A stretch of DNA of 64,000 bases from the human T2T-CHM13v2.0 reference genome, Homo sapiens. The stretch lies in NCBI RefSeq assembly GCF_009914755.1, contig NC_060931.1. The stretch is one strand, 5' to 3'. Of this stretch, positions 31,335-45,439 are shown one piece after another (the stretch's first letter is position 1; the number at the start of each line of letters is the position of its first letter). The notes under the pieces were generated by a model. That model made no database searches and was not told the origin of the DNA. It saw nothing but the letters and a program-made list of their open reading frames with translations. The position numbers and the translations under genes are program-made.

Positions 31335-31747
31335 TACCTTTTCATTTTCTGATTTTGGTAGAAGAATTTTTTTTAACTTAAAGATAATATGAAATAGAAT
31401 TAAAACAGAATGTATACTGTTCAAGTCATTGAGGGAGGATGAACATATAATAAAACGTAGAAAAGGGAAGAAAAAGCAAGTAAGCATAAGAAATAGAAAG
31501 TATAAAAGAAGGTAAGTAAGGACAGCCACTGGCCGTGACAAACCAAATAAGTAAATTCCCTAAGAAAGAGAATCAATGATCAGATTAGTTTAAAAGCAAT
31601 ATTGAATTACATGCTTTTTAAAAAGACACACTTAAACTGTAATTACACAGAAAGTTTAAAATAAAACATTTTATTCATTCAACATTTATTCAACAAACAC
31701 AAACTGAAAGAAAACATGGAGCGATACCTTCATATTAAGTAAAATAA

Positions 31748-32150
31748 GTCTACCCCAATATTTGCAAGACCTGGACGAGAATGCAAATGAAGGCCCACAC
31801 ACCATAGGTCTCAATATTCAAAAGTCAAAAGTCAAGCTAACAAACTGTTGAATAAAATATGTTTTGTCCATCTACCTTGACACATTAACCTTCAAAGCAT
31901 CCTGGAAGCCTAAAGTCAAAAATGCAATTTTTGGGCTCTTGTGACTTCCGTGATGAAGTAGGGCAGTAAAGTGAGAGCAGCTGTGGCCCAACCCAGCACT
32001 GGCCTGCCCCCATTGTCTTCTGGGGAGGCTTGGCAAGCGCTTGTGCGACACCCCAGCCTGTGCATCTCCTGCCTCCCAAACCCCAAACACCTGCCTTTTG
32101 TGCACCCACTGGGCCTGGGGATGTGCAAACACCCAGAGAAGATGACCTTG
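31748..32150. mobile_element. hAT-Tip100 DNA transposon fossil (MER115/Zaphod-like)
   Basis: caaatgaaggcccacacaccata...tcaagctaacaaactgttgaataaaatatgttttgtccatctaccttgaca matches the recalled consensus. Confidence 0.6.
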
Positions 32151-34694
32151 GAAAGAGGCTGCCCAGGTAGTAATCTGCTCCTTTCACTTAGCACACCCTG
32201 GAGAATTTTCCATAGTGTTCCATTTTCTTTTACAGCAAGTGTTTTTGCATTGCAACCCAATATCAGGTTGACCAGGGAGCCTGCAGAAAGTGCCTTGAGA
32301 GATGGGGGAAGCAGCTGAGGACTCCTCACTTTCAGTTCAGAAAGTACAATTTTGCTTTTAGCTGCTTTACATATAAGGCTCCTGCTTAATATTTTGTTTA
32401 AATATTAAACAGGAAGGGTTGTCCACAGCCAAAAAAAAAAAAAGCTTGTACATTTCAACTTCAGTGACTTAATTAGTTCTCTATTATTGGGTTCTTAGGT
32501 TGTTCACAATTTTTCTTTATTATAAACACCTTTCTCATCTTATCTAGCTGACTAATTTATATTCTTCCACTAAAAGTCTTTCAGATATCAACCCATCCCT
32601 GCCTCCCACAGAAAGTCTTTCAGTTTTCTTTCTTTTCTTATATTTTCTTAATCCAGTATGGAGTTTCTTCCCTGGTGTTCAGCAGAAGCCTGTACATAGC
32701 TCTATCCTACCACCCTCTGTTGCATTTAAAATCTCTACACACTTATTTCCTAGGGAGAGGACTTTCTGTCTTTAGGAAAATGACTCTTCTTTGAATTTCT
32801 GCATTCCCACAGAGGAGGGATTCATTAATGCTTACTGGATAAATGGATTTCCTGTGCAACTCTTTTTGTGCAAGTTCCATGCCCATTAAATCAGTGGGTC
32901 CTTCAGCAGGCATAAGGATCCCTGGGAGAGTTTGCATTGATTCTTGGGCTATATCCACAGAGAACCTAACAAGCTTCCCCAAGCTACTGATGCTGCCCAT
33001 CTGAGGATACACTTCTAAGAAGCAATGCATTAACATTCATTTATCATTTTGTCTTCCAAGGGGGATTTTCTTAAGGGAATAACATGTTTTGATAGCAGAT
33101 GGAAACATGTGAGTCTAGTTGGATGTTCCCTTTTACCTTATTAAAATAGTGAGTGGAAACTCTTATTTTGTAACCATTTTTATGAGTTTGGTTACTATGA
33201 GTTATTTACCTTGAGTTTGATTCATGGTGGAAAACAGGTAATTCACTTTGTACTTTTCATTTTCTGTGGTCCAGCTCTTGGAATATGTGGACCCCATTAA
33301 GGGGGTGGCATCCTATGAGGCTCTCTGAGCAGCTGGCTGGATAGCTTTCCTCCCCAGCCTCTCTGTCTTCTGCCTCATCACCTCTGCAACAAATGGGGTA
33401 TATTTTTCTTCCTAATCACTTCCCAAAACTGCTTACAGATTTATGTCCATTAGCATGTGTGCTTAGCAGCAGAAGGCTATCCTTCAAAAATTGGCACTTG
33501 GAGGACTAGTTGAAAAAGACTGAAGTAAATCATAGCTGTTATCACAAGCAGAGGAATCCAAGGTGTAGAGGTCTCTCAGGAGGAGGGAGGAACTGGTAGA
33601 GTATTGTGCTTCCTGGAGGATAAGTCATAGCGAAGATGTAAGGTAGAGATGATGCAGGGGCAGGAAATAATTCTGAGGAAGAAGATAATTACCCCCAGAG
33701 CTGGCTTGTAATGAAGTGCTGACTATAGCTGGGAAATTGCCTTCTTTTGATTCTCATGCATTTAATGGTGCTAGAGAGAAAGAGTCTTGGGTGCCCTGGC
33801 TCCGGTCTAGGACAGTATTTAATAATAATGGGTGCTTCTTTCTCACCCAGCAGAGTCTGCAGGGTGGGAGGTTGGTTCACTAAAGCCCCTTTATGTTGTT
33901 TTAGTACCTTTCATCCCCACTGACTTCACAACAAATTATTATTTATCTTCAGAGCCTGCTTTGGGTGTGTGTTTGGGGCAGTGGCAGGCAACAGTAGCAA
34001 ACGTTGATGCCACCACTTTATGACTGGGGCCAAAGAAACATCCAGGGAGCATGTTATTTGCTGAAGCCCACACCAAGCACTGTCAGTTGCTGCAATCCTT
34101 GGCAGCCCATGGAGGTTCAGATGCCCAGTGCTTGGCAACACTTTCAGATTCTTGTCATGAGAATGATTCATTTCAATACAATATGAGTACATGGTTTACA
34201 TTTCCTCACAGAATTGGCAGAAATATGGACGACAAATATAAGCTGGCTTCAATTTCTAAGGAAGATTACACCCTTACCAAATGGCTTGGGTGATAGTCAT
34301 CCTTAAAATTGTCATGTATACTTCTTGTACATTCTCAGGAAATTCACCCAATGTAGAGCAAAAGGAAACATTTCGAATTTTCTGCCACAATGCTAAGGAA
34401 ATACTGTAGAATGGAGATTTGAAGCTAATATGAACCTGAATGTCTGAAGCCAATACTCAATCGTTGCAATAAATTTCTGTCCCAGGCAGATCTGTGCAGA
34501 CCCCACTCACCAGCCCTCTTGACTTCCCTTTTTGGCCATTTAATTCCCAGAGTCATTTAACTCAGGTGCTACTGGGGTAGGGGTAGCAAGGAAAAGCAGG
34601 TCAGCTCTTCACTCTCTCCGGGCTTTTGGGGGACATTAGATGTGGGCAGAGATTCAGCAGGGGCCTCGGGAGGTGTCCACAACACAGTCCCTGA

Positions 34695-34760
34695 ATCAAC
34701 CAGCAAGCCAACCAACCAACCAACCGAACCTACCAACCAACCAACCGACCAAAAAACCAA
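34695..34760. repeat. (CCAA)n tetranucleotide, imperfect
   Basis: Direct reading. Confidence 0.85.
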
Positions 34761-36274
34761 CCTCAGCTTTCAATTCCAAATGCAACATTTCTCTTAACCA
34801 GTGCCTAAAAGGCTGAAGCTTTGCTCAAGCTTTGCTTGAACACCGAATTTGAATGACATACTATCTGTCTTTACTAAATATCTCTCAGAGTCCTGTGACT
34901 ATCTGAATTAAAATGTCAGCAAAGTCATCCACTACTTCTAGGTCAAGGCAAAGCCAGAGATATGTGAACCTCCAGGTAGGCTAATAATCTGGGGGTACCT
35001 TAATATGGTGTCTTAAAAAGAGATATTGGACATCCATTTAGGGAAGAGGCTGAGAGTGGCTGCAAACAAGTCCTGAGAAAGATCCAGGGTCTCCTGTGCA
35101 AGCCCCTCCCAGGAAAGAAGGTGACCTGTCTGTCTCTCCTTCCTTAGCAGGCAGTTTATAAACTGTTGTCCCTGGATCACCTTCTTTTTTTATTCTGGTA
35201 GATTTAGCCCCATACACCCTTTAAGTGGCCCATGAAAATTCTTCCAATCACATATAGTTTTCTTCATGAGAAACTCTTCATGAGAAACTTCATGAGAACT
35301 CTATGAAATAAGGCTTTCTTTACTTCTTTTTGTTTGCAGTCTGGTTTGAGGTCACAGTGGTGTTTTTCTATCCCTTATAGACTAGAACCTTGTGACCTGC
35401 CCCATAGTCTAACTCTGTTAATGGAAATGCCAATTAAAAGCCTTTCCAATTCTCAGTCCAATAAATTTAGCCACATGCTCTAGAGTCCTCCACAGTAAAT
35501 GCTGGTCCGAATACAAACACACCACTTTAGCCCAAGGTTCAAATGTTACCTCATCTCATTGGACGCACTTAGTTATATCTTATAAAAACAACAACAGCAG
35601 CAACCAAAAAGACACCTCAGCTGTTATGTTGACCCATGCACACAAAATCCATCGCTGCTATCTGCTTTGCTATCTTGAGCAGATCTAGCTTAACTAGTAA
35701 GAATTATTTATCAAAATAGAAGCCACTTTGGAAATAAAACTGACCTGCCGCTCTCTTCATTAGTGTATCACCAGGGCTAAGAACTTGGGGTCAGAAGAGC
35801 AAACCACAGTAGATTTTTGTGGGAAATGTCAGGGCTTTAATTTAATTACCAAAAAATGTATCAGGGAATAGCACAGGGGACATACAAACAATAAACTTGC
35901 CACTAGAGTCTAACTCTGAAGTTGGAGGTTAAAAAAACAGAAACTGAAGAGTCATCTTAAGCTTAGTCTTAACACCAGGACATTTTTACAGCAATCATAA
36001 AAACCAAGCTATCATGATGAAGCTAGACTCACTGATTATTTACTCTAGATAAACAATGTAGTGTTTAGGAAATCCAGTCATCTACTGTTTTAGAATTCTT
36101 TTAAGTATTTTTGCAGGTTATCTGGGATCTAGCCACATGTTATCTCTTCCACTTTTGATCTGTTTACCAAAAGTTTGGAGAGAAAGAACTTCCTTCTTTA
36201 GCTTGCAAGCAAAATTCCTGGGACTAGGAATACAAACTACCATTTTCTAGGCTGTAGTTAAAAACCTGCTATCA

Positions 36275-37845
36275 GGCAACATATACAAAAATTAACTTGA
36301 AATGGAACATAAATATCAAATCTAAAACTATAGAACATTCAGAACAAAATGCAGGACAAAGGCTTTGTAACTCTGGCTTATGCAAAGATTTCTCAGATAT
36401 GGTACCAACAGCACAAAGCATAAAAGAAAAAAAGAAAGGCAAATTGAACTCCATCAAGATTAAACACTTTCATTTTCTGCAAGTCACTGTCAAGAGAATG
36501 AGAAACACGTCATAGACAGGGAGAAAATATTGCAAAGCACATATCTGACATAGGCCTTGAATCCGGAATATATAAAGAACACTCAAAACTCAATAATGAG
36601 AAGACAAAGAAAGAAACAACCAAATTTTAAAATAATAAGCAAAAGCTTACCTAGACATTTCACTCAAGTGTATCATATACGTCACTCAATTATATGAATG
36701 GCAAATTGGCACATGAAAAGATGCTCAACATTATAGCATTAGAGAAATGCAAATTAAAACCACAATGGGATACTACTGTACACTATTAGAATGGCTATAA
36801 ACAAGAACAACCCCAAATAAAGCAAACAATAACAACAACAAAAAACACTGACAATTCTGAGTTCTGATGAGAATTAGGAACAACTGGAACTCTCATTCAT
36901 TGTTAGTGGGAGTGCAAAATGCCATAGCTACTTCGGAAAACAGCTTACAGTTTCTTACAAAGTTAAACATACACTTAACCATATACTAAACATATACTTA
37001 CCATCACTCCACCCAAGAGAAATGAAAACTTATATTCACAGAAAAACTTATATGTATATATTTATAACAGCTTTATTTGTAATAGCCCCAAACTGGAAGT
37101 AACCCAAATGTCTTTAAACAGGTAAATGGATAAGCAAATGATGGTATGTTCATAGCCTGCAATACTACTCAGCAATAAAAGGCATCAAACTATTTACATA
37201 TGCAACAATATGAATGCATATCAAATACATTAGAAGTGAAAGAGACCAGCTGGGCACGGTGGCTCACACCTGTAATCCCAGTACTTTGGGAGGCTGAGGT
37301 GGGCGGATCACGAGGTCAGGAGATCAAAACCATCCTGGCTAACATGGTGAAACCCCATCTTTACTAAAAATACAAAAAATTAGCTGGGCGTGGTGGTGGG
37401 TGCCTGTAGTTCCAGCTACTCAGGAGGCTGAGGCAGGAGAATGGTGTGAACCCAGGAGGCGGAGCTTGCAGTAAGCCGAGATCGCGCCACTGCACTCCAG
37501 CCTGGGCGACAGAGCAAGACTCCATCTCAAAAAAAAAAAAAAAAAAAAAAAAAGAAGTGAAAGAGACCAGATTTAAAGGTTACATACTGTATGATTCCAT
37601 TTATATGACATTCTGGAAGGAGCAAAACTATAGGGTCCAAAAGCAGATGGGTTGGGTTAGGGATGAGAAGAGGAATTGAGTATAGAAGGTTTTGAGATAA
37701 TTTTTTAAGGTGACAGAGCTGGACTATGGCCTGCAAGTAGCTGGAACTACAGGAGCATGGCACATTTGGCTGTGTTTGTTGAAACTGATAGAATTGTTCA
37801 CTAGGAAGGTGTCTTTTACTGCATGAAATTATATCTCAGTTAAAA
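36275..37845 (+). mobile_element. L1M (MB/MC/ME-type) 3' portion interrupted by AluY
   Basis: ORF2 remnant in ORF 36297-36515 (KTIEHSEQN...KDFSDMVPTAQSIKEK); L1 3' UTR motifs. Confidence 0.85.
37248..37552 (+). mobile_element. AluY SINE
   Basis: gatcacgaggtcaggagatc, catcctggctaac, gaatggtgtgaacc, ggagcttgcag; TSD AGAAGTGAAAGAGACC at 37232-37247 and 37553-37568. Confidence 0.95.
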
Positions 37846-37989
37846 TGAGCCTAATAGCAATTACTCAACAGGGATAGTTTTAATTAATTAAGACAGTGTT
37901 TCCTCTTGATATGTTACTTCACTGTCATTAGCAAGTGTTTGTGCTTATAAACACGTCCCTGCCTTAGAGAATCATCTCAGAGAATTTTC

Positions 37990-38370
37990 CAGTCAGCCCC
38001 ATCTTTATTCTCCCTCTTCTGGCTTTGTTCAGGATTTTATCACCTCTCAGGAAGAGTATTGCAATAATCTCCTAACTGATCTCCCCTCTATCTTACCTTC
38101 ATTGATTCATATTCCATGTCAATCTTTCTTTCATGGCAAAACTATATCACTCACTTTTCTACCCTAACTCCATTTATAATTTTCCCTTCCCTGGAATAAA
38201 GTCTGAAGTCCTCACTCCTGAGCACATGCTTTGCTGCCCTCACTCCTTCAAATGCACCACACGTTGTATCTGCTTGCACTTGTTCACATTTCCATGTGAA
38301 TATCTGCCATGATTCCTTTACATATCTTGTTTCCCTTGCTAACTCCTAACTCATCCTTTATGATTCAGAT
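37990..38370 (+). mobile_element. L2 fragment
   Basis: tattgcaataatctcctaactgatctccc...ctaactcctaactcatccttta. Confidence 0.6.
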
Positions 38371-38415
38371 AGCATCTGGCTTCCATAGCATCCTGGGCAT
38401 GGAAAATGTAATTGT

Positions 38416-38706
38416 GGTTGGGCGCAGCAGCTCATGCCTGTAATCCCAGCACTTTGGGAGGCCAAGGCGGGCAGATCACTTGAGGTCAGGAGTTCAAGAC
38501 CAGCCTGGACAACATGGTGAAACCCCATCTCTACTACAAATACAAACATTAGCTGAGTGTAGTGGTGCACGTCTGTAATCCCAGCTACTTGGGAGGCTGA
38601 GGCAGGAGAATCGCTTGAACCTGGGAGGCGGAGGTTGCAGTGATCCAAGTGGCGCCACTGCACTCCAGCCTAGGTGACAGAGTGAGACTCCATCTCAAAA
38701 AGAAAA
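38416..38706 (+). mobile_element. AluS (Sx/Sz) SINE
   Basis: Full-length Alu; TSD GAAAATGTAAT at 38402-38412 and 38707-38717. Confidence 0.93.
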
Positions 38707-39364
38707 GAAAATGTAATCCTACCTTTTGTGTCTACTTATATTGCTCTGCCTCTGAAACTTAATTAATGCTATCTCCCCTCAGTCTCATCCAAGGTCCATT
38801 TAGTGAATTTCCTTAAATCATTTACCATTCCCTTATGGAGCACTGCCTATGGGAAAGGATCCATCATGCTAGGCAACTGGGATGAAGTCCCTGTCCTCAA
38901 ACAACCCACAGCCTAGTGGGGGAGAAAGAACTAAAGCAAATTAATGATAAGTTAGAACAGAGTGTTAAGCACCGATAAACACGGAGTGATATCTCTGTGT
39001 TTGCAGGTACTTCTATCAATATGCTTCTCAGGGTGATTAATAGCTAGTTTTTGTTGTTGAAAGCCTAGTGTGCTCTTTGAAATGTTCCAGGACCACATGG
39101 TGAACTAGAGAGAATAACTCTCTGTCCTTATATAACTTTATTAGCTTTTTACAGAGAATAAAATGTTTATTCTTCTAGTTTTCTTTTTTTGCAATTCTGA
39201 AAAGGAGGTTTTAAACTTTGTTGTGCCACTTTGGAAACTGGGAATCAGAGAGGTTGACCCATACAACCAGGTCTCAAAGCAAGTAGGGAGAATCTTTGGG
39301 GTTGGAAATGGGAATCCAAAGACCACATTCTTTTCCCCTCACGTTCCCTCCACTTAGACTTCGT

Positions 39365-39784
39365 TGCTACTGGTTTGAATATTTGTTTCCTCTAAAATTC
39401 ATGTTGAAACTTAATCCCCAATGTGGCAGTATTAAGAGATGGGGCCTGTAAGAGGTGATTGGGTCAGAAGGATTAATCTATTCATAGATAATTAGATTAA
39501 CGGGTTAAAGAATTAAAGAATTAATGGGCTATCACTGCAGTGGGACTGACGACTTTATAAGAAGAAGTAGAAGAGAGACTTAACATGCTCAGCCCCCTCA
39601 CCATGTGATGCCCTGCACTGCCTCTGGACTCTGCAGAGAGTCCCCTTTAGCAAGAAGGCCCTCACAAAATGCAGCTCCTTGACCTTGGACTTCTCAGCCT
39701 CTAAAACCGTAAGAAATAAATTCCTTTATTTTACAAACTGCTCACTTTCAGGAATTCCATAATAAGTAATAATGGAGTAAGACA
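39365..39784 (+). mobile_element. MSTB-type MaLR solo LTR
   Basis: TGCTACTGGTTTGAAT...aaattcatgttgaaacttaatccccaatgtggcagta...ggactctgcagagagtcccc...taagACA. Confidence 0.88.
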
Positions 39785-39939
39785 CCTGTTACTTTAGTGC
39801 TTCTCCCCACTTGGTTTTGTGCTCTATTCTTGTATCCGTTTGAATCCTGACCTCATTTTTTCTTTTATTTCTCAATCTTTGACATCTCTTTTGACATTTT
39901 GCTAAGCCCAAGATCATAGCTTTTCCTACTCCTACCACA

Positions 39940-41135
39940 AGTCATAAAATTTATTCATTTAAAGTTTACAATTCAACAGTATTTCGTATATTTATAGAGT
40001 TGTGCAATCATCACCCCAATCCATTTGAGAGCATGTCATCATCCCCCAAAGAAGTCCCATGTGCCTAATGGCTCACTTTTCATGGCCCTCCAAACCCCAC
40101 CAGCTCATGGTAACCACTATTTGCTTTCTGTCTCTGTTGATTTGCCTATTCTGAACATTTCCTGCAAGTGGAATCACATAATTTGTGGGCTATTGGGTCT
40201 GGCTTTTTTCATTTACTGTAATATTTTCAAGGTTCATCCATGCTGTAGTGTCTATCAGTACTTTGTTCACTTATATTGCCAAATATTTCATTGTATGGAT
40301 ATGCCACCTTTATCTACATTCAACCGTTGATAGACATTTGGGTTGCTTTTACTCTTTGGCTCTTATGGATAATGCTGCTGTGGACATTTGTGTATAAATT
40401 TTTGTGTTAACACATGCTTTTATTCTTTCGGATATATAAGTAGGAGTGGAATTGTGGGATCATATGGCAACTTCGCATTTAACATTTTGAGGAATTGCCT
40501 AACTGTTTTCCACAGTGGCTGAGTAATTTTACATTCCCACCAGTAATGTGTAAGAGTTCCAATTTCTCCTCATCCTCGCTGATGCTTGTTAGTTTTTGCT
40601 TTTTTGATTATAGGCATCCTAGTGGGTGGGAAGTAGTATACCACTGTGGTTCTGATTAATCCATAGTGACTAATGATGTTAAGTATCTTTTTCTGACCTT
40701 ATGGGGGCATTTTAATATCTTCTTTGGATCTATCCAGATTTTTTAAATCTGATTTTCAATTGGGTTGTCCTTTTATTATTGAGTTATAAGAGTTCTTGAT
40801 AGATTCTGGATGCAATTCTTTTTATCAGATATATGATTTAGAATATTTTGTTTCATTCTGTGGGTTATTTAGCTTTGTAATGTCCTTTAAAGCACGAAAG
40901 TCTTTAATTTTGATGAAGTCCAGTTTATCATTTTTTTCATGTTGCTTGTGCTTTTGTTGTCATGTCTAAGAAGGTATTGCCTACCCCAGCGTCACAAAAA
41001 TTTACTCCTATGTTTTCTTCTAAGAATTTTATCATTTTGGCAGTTACATTTAGGTCTATGATTCCCTTTGAGTTAATTTTTGTGCGTAGTATAAAGAAGA
41101 GGTCCAACTTTGTTCTTTTGTATATAGATAACCAT
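39940..41135 (-). mobile_element. L1MB-type 3' portion
   Basis: Antisense 3' UTR and ORF2 remnant (ORF 40937-41278 KLDLFFILRTKINSKGIIDLNVTAKMIKFLEENIG). Confidence 0.88.
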
Positions 41136-41709
41136 TTCTTTTTATTTTTAATCATTTGCTTCATTATCCTGTTTCTGCAAACTAGTTTTTGTACTTTTGT
41201 TTTGGATTTTTTTGTCCACATGCTAGAAAGATATGAAAACCAATAGGTCCCATGTTTACATGTCATAGTTTCAGCCACCTGGGGGGAGGCTAAATCCTAT
41301 TTGCAGTCTCAATGTCAAATTCTCACTCTGATTGGCCCAACTGATTAACGTATATGGCCCTCGACTCTCTTACAGTACTAGGGGGAGTCAATCATGACTA
41401 CCAAGAACTCCCTCTTAAGCATGCAGATCCTGAGGCTGGGCAGATGCTCTTTAGGTATCCTATGCATGACTGTGGTTACTGCAGAAAGCAGTAGATCCAC
41501 CAGATGAAAGGAGGCCATCAACGCTAAGGGCCATTCTCACCTATAACAGTCTTTCAAAAGACACAGCATACAGCAAACAGACCTGGTAAGGCCAGCTGTA
41601 TAAGTGAAGAATCATCAAATACATAAATACATTAAACACTGAAATTGCTTAAACATTGTTCAGACATTTAAGGCATATTTTAGTCCCCAGTTAAAAAATG
41701 TGAAGGCAA

Positions 41710-41945
41710 CCTGCTGTAATGTGTGGGTGAGGAGGCTTTGATTCAGGAGTCCGTTTAAATTGGAGGCCTGGCTTGAGCACATGCTGGCCATGTGATCCAG
41801 AGATCCTCACCTGCAAACTGTGCTTACGATGCCTGTCTTACTTACTTCATAGCACTTACGTGTGCCTAAAATTACAAAGCATGAGCGAGAGCATGTCAGA
41901 CACTGTGAAGCACAATATTAATGTGAATGCCAGGTATTACTATGG
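41710..41945 (+). mobile_element. MIR/MIR3 (degenerate)
   Basis: tcctcacctgcaaa...cttacttcatag...actgtgaagcacaatattaatgt. Confidence 0.55.
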
Positions 41946-42182
41946 GAGTAAAGGGGTGTGAGGCCAAGAACTTGAGAGAGGACACTGCAGTACAGAAGAA
42001 GCTGCTAACATGGTAGTTCAGGAAGCTAAAAGTGAGAGCAGGAGGCAAAAGATGGAAAGACTGAAAAAGATATAAACAGTTCCTCTACATTTCTTGGATT
42101 TTAAAAGGGATGTAACTATTATGCACTAGTGCCTCCAATGTGCAATCCATATGTGGGTAAAATATTTCTATTATGTATAGGG

Positions 42183-42348
42183 CAGGTTTCCCAACCTCAG
42201 TACTATTGACATTTGGACTGGGTAGTTCTCTGTTGTGGGGGCAGTCCTGTGTATGCTAGGATGTTTAGCAGCCTCTACTTACTAAATGCCTGCAGCATCC
42301 ACCAGCTGGGACAATTTTGTCGCGATGCCCCTTGGTTGAGAATCACTG
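42183..42348 (+). mobile_element. MER20 (hAT-Charlie), internally deleted
   Basis: CAGGTTTCCCAACCTCAGTACTATTGACATTTGG ... GGTTGAGAATCACTG. Confidence 0.85.
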
Positions 42349-42589
42349 CTATAAGGGTAAGGATGGGAGAGTTAATTCCTTCTCCTCACTGATGTGCAAA
42401 ATTTAACCTGCAAAATTCCATTACAGTAAGGTCCTAGTTAGATTGTATATTCCCTGTGCCTGCATCACTGGTGGCCCTCAGTGTTCTCCTAGGTTGATTG
42501 CATTACCTTCCTAGGTGGACATTTGGCCACTAGTTCCTATCAGTCAAACCTGTCAGGGCTGGGTTTGTTGGTTTCCCAAATGCTTTAGC

Positions 42590-43050
42590 AATTTGGGCCT
42601 TACGTACCTCTTTTCCCTCACCTCCTCTCACCATGCACCTTTGCCTCAGCTACAGTGAACTTCTAAGTCCTCTCAGGAGATGCTATGCCCAGATATAACT
42701 GTGCTTTTATACACACACTATTCTCCCAGCCAACAATGCCTTCTTCCACTTCTCTGCCTAGAAGACTCCTGTAATCCCTTTTAAGACCTAGCTCAAGTGT
42801 CATTTCCTCTGGGAATCCTTTCCTGATAACTTCAGGCAGAACTGGTGGCTCCATCCATTGCACTCTTTAGACACTCAGTTAATATTTTTTATTGCAGAAC
42901 TTTTTATACTGGATTTTAATTATCCATTTTAATTATGTCTCTCTTCCCCAAAACAGACTGGATTCCTTGAGTGTAGGAACTGTACCTACTCCACTTGTCA
43001 TGTCCTCTGCTCCTATCATGTTGTCTGGAACACAGTAGGTGCTTAGTACT
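42590..43050 (+). mobile_element. L2 3' end
   Basis: agctcaagtgtcatttcctctgggaatcctttcctga ... tctggaacacagtaggtgctt. Confidence 0.8.
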
Positions 43051-44299
43051 GATCAGAGTAGACTAGAAGAATAAACGACTCTAAAGGTAGTCCATGGAAG
43101 TATTCATAGTCACAACCCATGCTCAGTTTGGGTAATTCATTTAGAGGTTTCAGTTCCCCAACAATTGATGAAGTTATTTGATTAGGAATATAGAAAAACA
43201 AGAAAGGATTTAAGTAGAGCAGAACCAAACAATCCTATGGGCAAGGTACATACAAAACTGTGCCCTAATTAATTTAAACATGCACATAGCTAATTACAAT
43301 ATGCAGAGTGCAGGTAAGATCTTGTTTAAACACTAATTCCTACTGGTTAATCATGGTGCCCAGAGGCCATGTCTCAGTTGGGATCCTGGTATGGGACTAA
43401 GCCCCACCCTCAGTGCCTGACTCACTGTCTCTTCTAGAATGTCAGCCACTCTGCATCTTCCCAATGCAAGTCCGTGTCCCACTCCCACAATCTGTTTCGT
43501 GCTTGTCTGTCCTCTGCGAGTTTGGCATTGCATCACTGTGTACCCAGGGAGAGGACTGGCAGCTACCTTCCTGGGTTGGAGTTCTGCTTTTGGTTTGCTG
43601 CCAGGCTGGCTGTGCTAACTGCTAGCTACATTCTCACCTGTGTGCTCCCTGACTGGCAATCCTTCATCCTGCTGCTGTCTACGACCCCCACGTTTGTGCT
43701 GTGTCCGTCTCGATGTGCTCAGGTCACTGCTGTACATCCACTGTTTGCTTTTCTCAGCACTTTGGGAGGGGCTGTTTATCCGGTCCTGTGGTTTCTGATG
43801 GGAAGAAATAGCTTCAGGGCAGAGCCTTATGAGAAACACTTCTTAGAAACAGACCTCTTTCTCCTGGTTTCTTCCTGCCATCCACAGTGAAGCCTCCTGT
43901 GCTGCATCTAGATGGTAGAAATTATTGTGCCTATCGCATGCCTCCACTTGGTCAGCTGGGATTGGGGAAGGCCTCAAAAATCTTTGAAAATCTTTGGCAG
44001 AAGAATGTGTACAGGGAAAAATAACCCAATAATATTTCCCTCCCATTCCATCTTCCCCCTACCGTTTGGGGAAAAAAAAGAGGGAAACACACACATGCAT
44101 GTACATATGCATATATTTGTATGCTTACACATAGAATTTCTTTGGAAGGGCATATATGAAAATCATGGAATTGGTTGCTTATAAGAAAGGGGTATTGTGT
44201 AGGCGGAAGATGGGATGGGAGGGAAATGTTATTGTGTCTTATTTCATATCTTTTGACTTCTCAACCAAGGAAATGCATTATCTATTCCAAATCTTTAAG

Positions 44300-45430
<1,131 letters not shown>

Positions 45431-45439
45431 AATTGCCAA

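Noticed and set aside
32215-32345. Strong-looking + strand acceptor (ttccattttcttttacag)
   Set aside because: No consensus donor or recognisable peptide follows; such pseudo-acceptors are common.
34051-34293. 80-aa ATG ORF with cysteines vaguely like an SLC22 extracellular loop
   Set aside because: The similarity is too weak, with no conserved W-x-L-V-C motif and no splice support.
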